Source: Candidatus Electrothrix yaqonensis (GTDB taxonomy: Bacteria > Desulfobacterota > Desulfobulbia > Desulfobulbales > Desulfobulbaceae). Taken from it: a stretch of 32,000 nucleotides of DNA. Below the pieces are notes generated by a model. That model was not told the origin of the DNA, searched no databases, and saw only the letters and a list, made by a program, of their open reading frames with translations. Of this stretch, positions 1 to 8,909 are shown one piece after another. The translations under genes and the position numbers were made by a program. How positions within the stretch are numbered: position 1 is the first letter of the stretch; each line of letters opens with the position of its first letter. The stretch spans positions 3,450,001 through 3,482,000 of the forward strand of contig CP178758.1 in NCBI GenBank assembly GCA_047651235.1. Direction: 5' to 3'.

Positions 1-882
1 GTCCGGGATTTCAATATTGGCGGACAGCCGCACCTGCAGGCCGTCAACAGTTTCCGAGGCAAGATGGATATACCAACGCAGCTCATCGGAAAAGGCGCGG
101 TGCTGACGGTCGTAGCTCTGATACAGCTTCTGCTGATCCAGCGTCGGAGAAAGATAGACCCGGCCGTCATAGCCGTCGAGAATAATTGTATCTCCGGTGC
201 GGCAGCGTTCAGTGATATTTTCCACGCCCACCACGGCAGGCAGGCCCAGCGAACGGGCGACAATGGCGGTATGCGAGGTCGTGCCGCCTTTTTCGGTCAG
301 AAAACCCAGGACTTTTTCTGTCTGCATCTGGACGGTGTCTGCCGGGGTAAAATCCTCGCTGACTACTATAACCGGTTCGGCAAAGCCTGCCGGAAATTTC
401 CGGCCGTGCTCGGAAAGCTGGTCCAGCAGCAGACGGACCACATATTCCACATCAGCAAAACGGTCCCGGATATATCCGTCGGCAATATGGTCGAATTTTC
501 TTTTGATCAGGTGCAGTGTGCGGGATACGGCCCATTCCGCATTGATCCGGTGCTGACGTATCAGACTGAGGGTCTGGTCGATAATCATCCGGTCCCGGAG
601 CATCCGGAGATGGGAGTCAATAATGGACAGGGTATCGGACAGGTCGCCCTCGAACTGACAGCGCAGGGCGGTCAGTTCCTGTTCCGCTCTGTCAACGGCG
701 GTCAGAAAACGTTCTGTTTCAGCCGGAACAGCATTGTTTTCTAGGTAATAGCAGACAAGGTCATCCGGACGGGATCTGAGCACAACCACCCGGCCGACTA
801 CGATACCGGGTGAACCGCTGATCCCGTATAGGGTTTCCGGCTCACGGTCCGGCTGCAGCTCTTTTTTTTCTGCGGTCTGCAT
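1..882 (-). CDS. ptsI: Phosphoenolpyruvate-protein phosphotransferase (PTS enzyme I), N-terminal ~294 codons; gene runs off the window start
   Basis: Absent from the ORF track because it has no stop codon in the window. My minus-strand translation from the ATG at 880-882 reads MQTAEKKELQPDREPETLYGISGSPGIVVGRVVVL...EKGGTTSHTAIVARSLGLPAVVGVENITERCRTGDTIILDGYDGRVYLSP. That is the EI N-terminal domain plus the phospho-His swivel motif GGxTSHxAIxAR. 882 nt is exactly 294 codons in frame to position 1. The listed + ORF 64..744 is its antisense shadow. Confidence 0.9.
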   Translation of the reverse strand, partial: MQTAEKKELQPDREPETLYGISGSPGIVVGRVVVLRSRPDDLVCYYLENNAVPAETERFLTAVDRAEQELTALRCQFEGDLSDTLSIIDSHLRMLRDRMIIDQTLSLIRQHRINAEWAVSRTLHLIKRKFDHIADGYIRDRFADVEYVVRLLLDQLSEHGRKFPAGFAEPVIVVSEDFTPADTVQMQTEKVLGFLTEKGGTTSHTAIVARSLGLPAVVGVENITERCRTGDTIILDGYDGRVYLSPTLDQQKLYQSYDRQHRAFSDELRWYIHLASETVDGLQVRLSANIEIPD

Positions 883-893
883 AGCTTTGTTGA

Positions 894-1190
894 TTATTGC
901 AGGATGTTGTCCTGTACATCGTCCGATGCAGAGGCGGACAGCAGATGCTCCACAGCGTCGGCAACCTGCTGCGCATCCGGGCCCTGGGCAGTAAAACAGA
1001 CCGAAGAATCGTATCCCAGACCGAGGCTCAGAATTTCCAGGATGGAAGTGCAGTCCACCGGCTCTCCTTCCTGCCCGGTGAGCTGCACAGTTACTTCGTG
1101 TTCGCTGATAATGCTGATCAGCCGTTCCGCAACCCGGCAGTGTACGCCGTTCGGATTGCTGACCGTGATTTTTCGGGAGACTGCCTTCAT
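894..1190 (-). CDS. ptsH: HPr-family phosphocarrier protein
   Basis: 98 aa, typical HPr size. Active-site region ITVSNPNGVHCRVAERL resembles the GLHARPA His-15 loop, and the second conserved region TSILEILSLGLG is present. It lies 11 nt upstream of ptsI on the same strand. Confidence 0.85.
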   Translation of the reverse strand: MKAVSRKITVSNPNGVHCRVAERLISIISEHEVTVQLTGQEGEPVDCTSILEILSLGLGYDSSVCFTAQGPDAQQVADAVEHLLSASASDDVQDNILQ

Positions 1191-1555
1191 TTGACCAGCC
1201 GCAGACCGCCTGTTTCTTTTTTTTCAGAGGGCGAAGGGGAAGGAGGAGCATTTGTTTCAAAGCGGACAGCCTTGATAAACCGGGCTTTGCCGCCCATGGT
1301 AAACATTTCCTGCCCGGTGAACTGCGGCGTGCGCAGAGTCCAGACAAGGGGCTGCGGCGGAATGGAGAGCAGCTGCATATGGACCTCCCACCACTCATCT
1401 TTGCGGGAATGGTCGCGTTCAATGCCGGTGACCAGAGCATAACCGGCTGTTTTGCTTTCCTCCACAACCAGCAGAACAATATCACCGACGTCCGTGGTTT
1501 CTTTGCAGGGGACAAGCTCCTGTAATTCCTGTATCAGTTTTTCCATATGTTCCAT
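1187..1555 (-). CDS. Hypothetical protein (122 aa), translationally coupled to ptsH
   Basis: Clean ORF whose stop overlaps the ptsH start by 4 nt (ATGA at 1187-1190). Pro/Ser-rich tail PPSPSPSEKKE. I recognise no family. Confidence 0.6.
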   Translation of the reverse strand: MEHMEKLIQELQELVPCKETTDVGDIVLLVVEESKTAGYALVTGIERDHSRKDEWWEVHMQLLSIPPQPLVWTLRTPQFTGQEMFTMGGKARFIKAVRFETNAPPSPSPSEKKETGGLRLVK

Positions 1556-1611
1556 AAGCAGACAGTCTGTTTTTGGTTCGGGTTTGCTTCTCTGTTCGGC
1601 AACGGAGAAGG

Positions 1612-2820
1612 TTATTTGAATTTTTCCTGAATAGCCCGGAGTATATCAGTGATTTCGAAAAACACCTCGACCAGTTCCGGATCAAAATGGCTCCCGGAAT
1701 CTTTCAGGATCTGACTGTAAATCTGTTCGTATCCCCAGGATTTTTTGTAGCTGCGTTCATAAGATAGAGCATCATATACATCAGCCAGAGCGACAATCCG
1801 GGCGGCAAGGGGAATATCTTCTCCGGCCAGTGGCCAGTGCATGAACGAAGTTCCTGACTGCACCACACGACCGGGATAGCCGGTGCCGTCCCATTTCTCA
1901 TGATGATGGAGAACAATCTCGTGGGTTATTCTGTCCAATTCCGAGGCAACATTGGTAAAAAGGCGGGCCCCCTGCACTGTATGCTGTTTCATAATTTCAT
2001 ACTCTTCCGGGGTCAGACTGGTGGGTTTTTTGAGGATCGAATCCGGAATTCCCACTTTTCCCACATCGTGCAGAGGGGCGGCCTGGCTTATGAGATCCCG
2101 GAACCGTTTTATTTCTTTTGACGGTACATTTCGTCTCTCTGCCCAGCGCTGGTAGAGTTCAGCACTGAACGCGCTCACACGTTCGGCATGGGCACCGGTT
2201 TCCTGCGGGTCGTGCAGTTCCGCCATTTTGACCATGCGCAGGATCAGCTCGCGGTGCAGGATGCTCTGTTCAATAATGGCTGCCGCATTATTGCTGAAGA
2301 TCCGGACCAGCATCTTGCTTTTTTCTGAAAAAACCGTTACCTGCCTCTGGGCGTCCTGGGCATTGATCAGTTCCAGAACCCCGACCAGGGCCCTGTTGTC
2401 CAGAGAGATAAGCGGAACTGCCAGAATGGAGGTAGTGCGGTAATTGTTTTTCCGGTCAAATGAGCCGTTGAATTTGTACGGCAGATCCAGGGAAATTTCA
2501 TAGGCATCATCAATGGCCACGATTTCTCTGGTCAGGGCGGAAAAACCGACAATAGAATTTTCATTGATGGAGATGCGTTTATTTCTGTACTGGGCAGCCC
2601 GGGCGCCTTTTTCTCCGAACAGGGTATCATTCTGCACATAGCGGAATTCCAGGCCGTTTTTGCTGACAAGAAAGATAGAACCTGCATCGGCATGGGTCAG
2701 ACGGCGCGCTTCGGATAAAATGGCGTCAAGGGTCATACTGACATCCTTAAGCCGGTTCAGTCTGCTGATGGTGTCAAGAATGGACGCTATGGTGATTTCT
2801 TCCGGCTGTCGGCAGGTCAT
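1612..2820 (-). CDS. GAF domain-containing HD-GYP c-di-GMP phosphodiesterase
   Basis: The N-terminal half looks like GAF (LDAILSEARRLTHADAGSIFLV...VGVLELINA). The C-terminal half carries HD-GYP signatures: LHDVGKVGIPDSILKKP and HHHEKWDGTGYPG. Confidence 0.9.
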   Translation of the reverse strand: MTCRQPEEITIASILDTISRLNRLKDVSMTLDAILSEARRLTHADAGSIFLVSKNGLEFRYVQNDTLFGEKGARAAQYRNKRISINENSIVGFSALTREIVAIDDAYEISLDLPYKFNGSFDRKNNYRTTSILAVPLISLDNRALVGVLELINAQDAQRQVTVFSEKSKMLVRIFSNNAAAIIEQSILHRELILRMVKMAELHDPQETGAHAERVSAFSAELYQRWAERRNVPSKEIKRFRDLISQAAPLHDVGKVGIPDSILKKPTSLTPEEYEIMKQHTVQGARLFTNVASELDRITHEIVLHHHEKWDGTGYPGRVVQSGTSFMHWPLAGEDIPLAARIVALADVYDALSYERSYKKSWGYEQIYSQILKDSGSHFDPELVEVFFEITDILRAIQEKFK

Positions 2821-2865
2821 GAGCAGAGTATCTTCACTATCAAGTTCTTTATTTTTTTCTTCAAA

Positions 2866-3525
2866 CTAACTGAGCAGCAGATTGTTGGCAAAACTGATGA
2901 TCGGCATAAGGACTTTGCCGATGATGCCCAGATAAAACAGAACCAGCAGAAGGATAAAGCCGTATGGTTCCATCTTGGCGTATTCCACAGCTGTTTTCGG
3001 CGGCAGCAGGCCCATCAGTATTTTTGAGCCGTCAAGCGGGGGAATCGGCAGACAGTTGAAGACAGCCAGCATAACGTTGATCCAGACCGATGCTGCAGTC
3101 ATGGCGAGCAGGGGGTCGAAGATCGGTGCAGGCAGAACAGGGGCTAAGATTACAATAAGCAGTTTCACGACAAGGGCACTGAGCACGGCCAGCAGTATAT
3201 TGGCGGCAGGCCCGGCAAGCGCTGTCAGCAGCATCCCCTTCTGCGGATTGCGGAAGTAACCGGCGTTGACCGGAACCGGTTTGGCCCAGCCGATATTCAT
3301 GAGCACAAAGGCGATCACGCCCAGAGGATCAAGATGCCTGAGCGGATTCATGGTCAGTCTGCCTTGTTCTTTTGCCGTGGGATCACCCAGTTTCCAGGCC
3401 GTATAGCCGTGGGCCAGCTCGTGAAAGGTCAGGGCGAAAAGAAAAGGCGGTGCCAGGATAAGAAATTTCTGGATAAGCTGATTCGGGTCCATATCGGGGT
3501 ATCGACGCAGCCGGTGCGGCTGCAT
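2866..3525 (-). CDS. Site-2 protease family (peptidase M50) membrane metalloprotease
   Basis: HELAHG zinc motif in a TM helix, the second S2P motif NCLPIPPLDGSKI, and several hydrophobic helices. The start could instead be the Met at 3492 (MDPNQLIQ...). Confidence 0.85.
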   Translation of the reverse strand: MQPHRLRRYPDMDPNQLIQKFLILAPPFLFALTFHELAHGYTAWKLGDPTAKEQGRLTMNPLRHLDPLGVIAFVLMNIGWAKPVPVNAGYFRNPQKGMLLTALAGPAANILLAVLSALVVKLLIVILAPVLPAPIFDPLLAMTAASVWINVMLAVFNCLPIPPLDGSKILMGLLPPKTAVEYAKMEPYGFILLLVLFYLGIIGKVLMPIISFANNLLLS

Positions 3526-3543
3526 TCAGGTAATTAATGTATT

Positions 3544-6270
3544 TTATGCAGTGTTTCCGGAGTCGGCAGGATATTTCTGCTGAATCAGGACGGCAGCTTC
3601 CTCCCTGGTGCTGACTGTCCCGTTCAGCTGGGCGCTGATGACCTGATTGAGCATGAGGCGAAATTGGGTTCCGGGACGGTAGCCGAGCCGGACCAGATCT
3701 CTGCCGCTGAGCAGAGGCTGGACATTACGCAGGCTGGTGACATACTGGGAAACAGCCCGGCGGATATGTTTTTTCCGGGCAATACTCATCAGGTAGAGGA
3801 GGCCTTCGTTGTCCAGATCATGGAGGAGCCAGTAAATATCCGCAGGCTGCATGTCCGGCTGGTGGAGCATGTGCCCGGCCAGATGATCTGCCCTGCGTTT
3901 CTGCTGCACCAGATATTTGCGTTGCTTGGGAGGCAGTTCAAAACGGTGGCAGAAATTGCGCAGTTCCTGCTCTCGTGAACGGCTGAACACAGCAAGCAGA
4001 CAGACCATCCACGCTCTGCACCGGCTTGCTTTGTCCTTTGTTTTACCTTCCAGATAGAGCAGTTTGAACCAGGAAAGGGTTTCTTCTGTCTGGGTGAGCA
4101 CATGGGCGAAGCGACGGTCGATCTTCAGATTGGGCCGCAGATCGGGCCAGAGCACGGGAAAAAGGTTGAATCCCTCCAGGCGGCGCAACGAGGCCAGAGG
4201 ATGATCTTCGGACAGAATTAGTTGCAGCTCGCTGAAAAAACGGGGCCCGGAGAATTTTTCATACATATGCATCCGGACCGCATTACGGATCAGTTTTTCC
4301 GTATGCGGGGTGATGGCGCAGTCAAGGCGCTGTTCAAAACGGATAGCCCGGAAAATCCGGGTCGGATCCTCAACAAAGCTGAGGTTGTGCAGAACCCGTA
4401 TCCTGCGTTCCTTGAGATCGTTCTGTGAACTGAAAAAGTCTACCAGCATACCGAACCGGGCGGGATTCAGATGGATCGCCATCGCATTGATGCTGAAGTC
4501 CCGGCGGAAGAGATCCCGCTTGAGCGAACTGTGCTCCACCGTGGGCATGGCTGCCGGAAAAGCATAATATTCCAGCCTAGCTGTGGCCACATCAATGCGC
4601 AGTCCGTCCGGCAGAACCACCGTGGCAGTGGCGAACTTTTCATGGGTACGTACAGTGACCTGTTTTCTTGCCGCCAGCTCACGGGCAAACAGAATGCCAT
4701 CTCCTTCCACGACAATGTCGATATCCAGATTTTTGGTCTGCAGGAGGAGATCACGGGCAAAGCCGCCCACCGCATAGACCCGCATGGCAATATCCTGGGC
4801 AACCTCCCCGAGTTCACGCAGCAGCAGGATCATGTCGCGGGACAGGAAGTCGATAATAATCGAGGTGATATTGCGGGTCTGTTCTGTGGACGGATGTTCA
4901 TCTTCCCGGAAGAGATTGCGGGGCAGGTTCGCAGGGTCGTTGACCAGCAGGTTGAGCAGATCGGTGCGGGTGATGACCCCACGGATAATCCTGTCCTCCG
5001 GGGGAGCTGACAGAGCGTCTTCCCGGACAACAGGAATCAGCCGCTGCCGATGTTCGATGATCAGCCGCTGGATATCGGCTTGGGTGGCGGTTTCCGGCAG
5101 GACCGCAATATCCGTGGTCATGTATTCGCTGATCGGCGTCTCACCGAGCTTATGGGCAATGGCCTTGGTGATGTCCCGTCGGGAAATGATCCCCAGCAGT
5201 CCTCTGGGGTTCTCCCGGTCCGCGTTGTCGCGGACCACCGGCAGTACCGTGATGCTGTAGCGGGTGAGCAGGTCGTTGGCCTCGTTGTTGGTGACATCCG
5301 GAGTGGCCGTGATGACGGGCGAGGACATCAGCTCTTCGGCCATAGCCTTGGGTCTGACATGCCGGTGCAGCAGGCGGAGCAGCTCTTCTTCGGCCTCGAA
5401 CAGGGTTTTGTCGTGGATTGTGGCTGAGGCTGCGGAAGCATGACCGCCGCCCCCCAGTTCACGGGCGATGAGCCCGGCATTGACTTCTGAAATCCTGCTA
5501 CGGCAGATGAGATAGAGCCGTTCGCCCATACAGATCAGAGCGAAAACGCTGTCCAGATTCTCCATGACCATCATGCGGCGCACCAGTACGGCAAACTCAT
5601 CCACATAGGCAGGCAGGGTGAGTTTGCTGACCGTCACCCGGGCAGACTGCACCGTGTAGGTGACCGAGTTCTCCAGCAGCAGGTTGAGCAGAGCAATCTG
5701 TTCTGCAGAGAGATCCCGGTTGATGAACTGATTGACAATGTCCAGCTCAGCCCCTTTGTCCAGCAGCCAGGCAGCAGCCTGCAGATCAGCCGGGGTGGTG
5801 GTGGAATAGAGAAAGGAGCCGGTGTCCTCGTGCAGACCGAGAGTCATCAGGGTGGCTTCATCCGGGTACAGGTCAATGTTCTGCTCCTGCAGCAGACGGA
5901 TAAAAATGGTAGTGGTCGAACCTACCGGTTCAATGTGTTCGGCATGCCCCTGTATGTCCCCGGGCGCATCAGGATGGTGATCGTAGAGATGGATTTCTAT
6001 GCCGGGATTTTCAAGACATTCCTGCAGCGGGCCGAGGCGGTTCGGCTGCCGGGTATCCACCACGATAAGGCGGGTGACAGCAGCCAAGTCAATGTTTCTT
6101 ATTTTTTTGAATCCGTACAGATTACGGATATCCTGGGACAGGAAGTCACGCAGCGGCCGCTCGGCAGACCCGGACAGAACCAGGGTTGCTTTGGGATACA
6201 GTTTTTTTGCCGCCACCATAGAGGCGAGCCCGTCAAAATCGGCGTTTATATGGGTGGTGATGATTTCCAT
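3544..6270 (-). CDS. Multidomain DHH/DHHA1 phosphoesterase - CBS pair - tRNA nucleotidyltransferase/poly(A) polymerase family protein (908 aa)
   Basis: N-terminus HINADFDGLASMVAAKKL is DHH motif I, with DHH-like YDHHPD, and GGGHASAAS is the DHHA1 motif. The middle has two CBS-like repeats (MSSPVITATPD..., MTTDIAVLPE...). The C-terminal half has class-II NTase motifs: YAVGGFARDLLL...DIDIVVEG, RRDFSINAMA, EDPTRIFRAIRFEQRL. Confidence 0.9.
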   Translation of the reverse strand: MEIITTHINADFDGLASMVAAKKLYPKATLVLSGSAERPLRDFLSQDIRNLYGFKKIRNIDLAAVTRLIVVDTRQPNRLGPLQECLENPGIEIHLYDHHPDAPGDIQGHAEHIEPVGSTTTIFIRLLQEQNIDLYPDEATLMTLGLHEDTGSFLYSTTTPADLQAAAWLLDKGAELDIVNQFINRDLSAEQIALLNLLLENSVTYTVQSARVTVSKLTLPAYVDEFAVLVRRMMVMENLDSVFALICMGERLYLICRSRISEVNAGLIARELGGGGHASAASATIHDKTLFEAEEELLRLLHRHVRPKAMAEELMSSPVITATPDVTNNEANDLLTRYSITVLPVVRDNADRENPRGLLGIISRRDITKAIAHKLGETPISEYMTTDIAVLPETATQADIQRLIIEHRQRLIPVVREDALSAPPEDRIIRGVITRTDLLNLLVNDPANLPRNLFREDEHPSTEQTRNITSIIIDFLSRDMILLLRELGEVAQDIAMRVYAVGGFARDLLLQTKNLDIDIVVEGDGILFARELAARKQVTVRTHEKFATATVVLPDGLRIDVATARLEYYAFPAAMPTVEHSSLKRDLFRRDFSINAMAIHLNPARFGMLVDFFSSQNDLKERRIRVLHNLSFVEDPTRIFRAIRFEQRLDCAITPHTEKLIRNAVRMHMYEKFSGPRFFSELQLILSEDHPLASLRRLEGFNLFPVLWPDLRPNLKIDRRFAHVLTQTEETLSWFKLLYLEGKTKDKASRCRAWMVCLLAVFSRSREQELRNFCHRFELPPKQRKYLVQQKRRADHLAGHMLHQPDMQPADIYWLLHDLDNEGLLYLMSIARKKHIRRAVSQYVTSLRNVQPLLSGRDLVRLGYRPGTQFRLMLNQVISAQLNGTVSTREEAAVLIQQKYPADSGNTA

Positions 6271-6340
6271 ACGCTGCAGTGTACCCTATTCTGCCGGTCC
6301 GGTACAGTATTTTTCCCGGTACAGGAGTGTGTTACCCCTC

Positions 6341-6994
6341 TTACCCCTCAACCCGCACAGTCATTCCGTTGTTCTCCCGGGCACGCAGGATAACGTCTCC
6401 TGCCTGGGCGGCTGCCGGATGATGACCGCGAACCCCGGAGGGCGCAAAGGTGATGGTGACCTTTTTGCCGGTGGAGATTCTGCGGACACTGATTATTCTG
6501 TTCTGGATGGATTTATCAAAGACAAGATGTTCCGGTGTGGTGGCTCCCTGCATAAAATATATGTACACCATTTCCGTACAGACCGAAGCGCCGTAGGTGA
6601 TTTCCAGATCAGCTTTGACCGGCACCTCGTCCGGGTACAGGAGAGGGAGCGCAACCTGCAGGGCTTTGTAGGCTCGTGCGGATCCCGGACACAGATAGCC
6701 GTCCGCTTTAATCAGCTCGGTAAAGCTATATTCCTTGGCCGTCTCCCCCTCTTTGATTTTGATTGCGGGCAGGGTCTGCTGCCATGCTGTCGGTGTCCAG
6801 CCTGTGCCGCCGGACCGTCGCATCTTTGCCTGCATAATTTTCTGCATCATCTCCATCCGCTGCTTCTGCAGCTGAGCAGGAGACAGAGTATTCTTCTGTT
6901 CCTGTGCGGCAAGGGGAGCGGCCAGCAGCAGGAAGGAACAGCACCATGCTGCGGTTTGGACGAATCTGCGCCTTATTTTTTTTGTTTTCTTCAT
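6341..6994 (-). CDS. Exported FmdE-like family protein (tentative)
   Basis: Signal-peptide-like N-terminus (MKKTKKIRRRFVQTAAWCCSFLLLAAPLAAQ). The motif ADGYLCPGSARAYKA resembles the FmdE-family HxCPG loop. The family call is from memory only. Confidence 0.5.
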   Translation of the reverse strand: MKKTKKIRRRFVQTAAWCCSFLLLAAPLAAQEQKNTLSPAQLQKQRMEMMQKIMQAKMRRSGGTGWTPTAWQQTLPAIKIKEGETAKEYSFTELIKADGYLCPGSARAYKALQVALPLLYPDEVPVKADLEITYGASVCTEMVYIYFMQGATTPEHLVFDKSIQNRIISVRRISTGKKVTITFAPSGVRGHHPAAAQAGDVILRARENNGMTVRVEG

Positions 6995-7070
6995 GTCGTG
7001 AACGAATTATATTTAGTTGTACTGAGTAGCCGGACATCGCTGTCCAATTTTACCCACTTTTTTACCCGAT

Positions 7071-7658
7071 TTACTCGACCAGAACTTTGAACAGATCCAG
7101 CCAGCCTTTTTCCTTCTTTTCCTTTGTTTGTCGGCGGGCAGATCTCCTCTTGCCCGTTTTTCCGCGACACCAGTCGTATGTTTTCTTCCCGCCGTCGTAG
7201 GGGACTGCCAATCCCTCATCAATCAGCAGCTCTGCAATATCCTGTCTGTCCGCCTTAACATCGGCGACAATGCGGAAGTATTTTCCTCTGCGCACATTGT
7301 TCAGCCTGATCCTGCGCGCGTCCTGCAATATCTGCCCCACAACCTGTTTGGCTTCACGGGCCAGTTCTTTTTCCTGAGCACATTTGCCCCGGATTTCCGG
7401 TGTGTCGATTCCGGCTACCCGCACGGAGATATTATCGCCGAACAGCGGGTGATGCCCTTTGAGATCCACGGTTATGGTATCGCCGTCATAATTTTTTATA
7501 AACTGCACGTCCTTCAGGTTGCCGTAGGACCGTTCTTTTTTTGCGGCAACACCTGCCGGGAGATTGAGCAGCAGAAAAAGGACCGTACCGGAAGCAAGAC
7601 AGGTGATACCCGGAAAGGGGTTCCGGCGGGAAAACAGGGTCTGAAAAGGGGTTTGCAT
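7071..7658 (-). CDS. Thermonuclease (staphylococcal nuclease/SNase) family protein, exported
   Basis: SNase-fold signatures YDGDTITVDL, RVAGIDTPEIRGKC, GKYFRIVADV, LIDEGLAVPY. Hydrophobic signal/anchor GITCLASGTVLFLLLNLPAGVAA. Lys/Arg-rich C-terminal tail. Confidence 0.85.
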   Translation of the reverse strand: MQTPFQTLFSRRNPFPGITCLASGTVLFLLLNLPAGVAAKKERSYGNLKDVQFIKNYDGDTITVDLKGHHPLFGDNISVRVAGIDTPEIRGKCAQEKELAREAKQVVGQILQDARRIRLNNVRRGKYFRIVADVKADRQDIAELLIDEGLAVPYDGGKKTYDWCRGKTGKRRSARRQTKEKKEKGWLDLFKVLVE

Positions 7659-7801
7659 GATGTCTAAATTTGATGGATTTATAAAAAGTCATAGATCTGC
7701 AACGGTTTAAAAATACTCACTTTTAGTTCTTTTTTTGTTTGCTCCACAACGCTTATCATGGTAATGTACGCATGATATTCTAAGAAGTTACCAGAAAAGC
7801 C

Positions 7802-8600
7802 ATGTTTAACGTCAAAGATCACAAAACCCTCTGCATGTTCGACCCTTTCGATTATCTCGGACCAAAACGTCAAAAAATGCTGGACGAATCATGGGCAGGA
7901 TTTTTCCGGAATCATGTCCGCCACGTGCTGCCTGTTGAACTCCTGCTCCTGTATTTCAGTGCGAAGATGGGACGTCCAACCAATGAACTCGTCGCCATAA
8001 TGGGGGCAATGCTGTTGCAGCAGATGCATAATCTCACTGACGAAAAAACGGTTGCGCAGTTTGCCTTCAATATACAATGGCATTATGCCCTGGACATAAC
8101 GGACACCTCAGATAAACCTCAAGCGACAGCACAAGCCTGTGTTCAACACGTTCGATAGAACAGCGCGTTAGCCTGAAAGCGAACAAGGATGTTCCTTCTG
8201 ATTCCCTGCAGAATCCGTCTGATCCGGATGCCAGCTGCAGCGGCCATAAAGGGAAAGGATACAGGTGCAAACCGCTGAAACCTACAGTGATGAAAACGAT
8301 TCCGAGTATCTTTCCCTGATCACTCATGTTGCTGTCCAGGCTGCCCATGAAAGTGATGCCGACGCTCTGATGCCCTGCCCGGCAAAACCGGGAAAGAAAG
8401 TTCTCCATTATCTTCGATATCAGGAAGCAGCAGATGTTGTTCAGGATTATCTTGATACCGGTGTTCTGGTTCTTTCTCATAAGTATACGCAATTGCAGAA
8501 GACATTTACAACGCTTTTAAAAACATTCACAACACGCGGAAAGATGTTTGATGTGGTTCTTGCTGCGACTTTGAAAGATCATGAGGTCGCAGGATTGTAA
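7802..8600 (+). pseudogene. Decayed DDE transposase (IS1182/IS5-like, DUF772-type N-terminus), frameshifted and truncated
   Basis: ORF 7802..8158 reads like a transposase N-terminal domain (FDPFDYLGPKRQKMLDESWAGFFRNHV...NELVAIMGAMLLQQMHNLTDEKTVAQFAFNIQWHYAL). The continuation appears in a second frame (8170-8270: SLQNPSDPDASCSGHKGKGYRCK). A third frame (8265 onward) gives QTAETYSDENDSEYLSLITHVAVQAAHESDADALMP. No DDE catalytic C-terminal half follows. The exact 3' edge of the remnant is uncertain (8470-8600). Confidence 0.65.
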
Positions 8601-8777
8601 TACGGTGAATATGGCTGATTTTAAGGAGTTTGAATGGTTGACTCTCTAAATTTGAGAGGGTCTATTTGGGAGATAAAAAGTCCCCCGTTTCTGAGTATTG
8701 CTTTGGCAATCATACTGTTCACCTTACATTTCAGGATTGTTTCTGCCTGTCCATCATAGTATAGTATGATACTACCT

Positions 8778-8909
8778 ATGCGAATTAGGAGTTAAAATCT
8801 ATGACGCAAAATCAAGAGGATAAAGCTGCCAGATTCTGCAGAATCGGAACGGCTTTTCTGTAACTATCTGTTTTTACTGAGACCGGATAATCCAACTCCT
8901 AATTCGCAT
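8778..8909. mobile_element. 132-bp MITE-like non-autonomous element with 16-bp perfect terminal inverted repeats and a 5-bp target-site duplication
   Basis: ATGCGAATTAGGAGTT at 8778-8793 is the exact reverse complement of AACTCCTAATTCGCAT at 8894-8909. Both ends are flanked by the direct repeat TACCT (8773-8777 and 8910-8914). The element contains a perfect 14-bp palindrome GATTCTGCAGAATC (8832-8845). Confidence 0.55.

Noticed and set aside
64-744. Long + strand ORF (226 aa) at the window start
   Set aside because: It is antisense to an unmistakable ptsI reading frame (GGTTSHTAIVARSLGLP on the minus strand) and has no recognisable motifs of its own.
8755-8780. 26-nt imperfect palindrome CATAGTATAGTATGATACTACCTATG as an operator
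   Set aside because: Its right arm is created by the first three bases of the inserted MITE-like element. Only the inner 13-bp palindrome (8762-8774) pre-dates the insertion.
8801-8863. 20-codon ORF inside the MITE-like element as a possible type I toxin
   Set aside because: The peptide is hydrophilic (MTQNQEDKAARF...) and lacks the hydrophobic helix expected of small membrane toxins. It is kept only as a note under the MITE finding.
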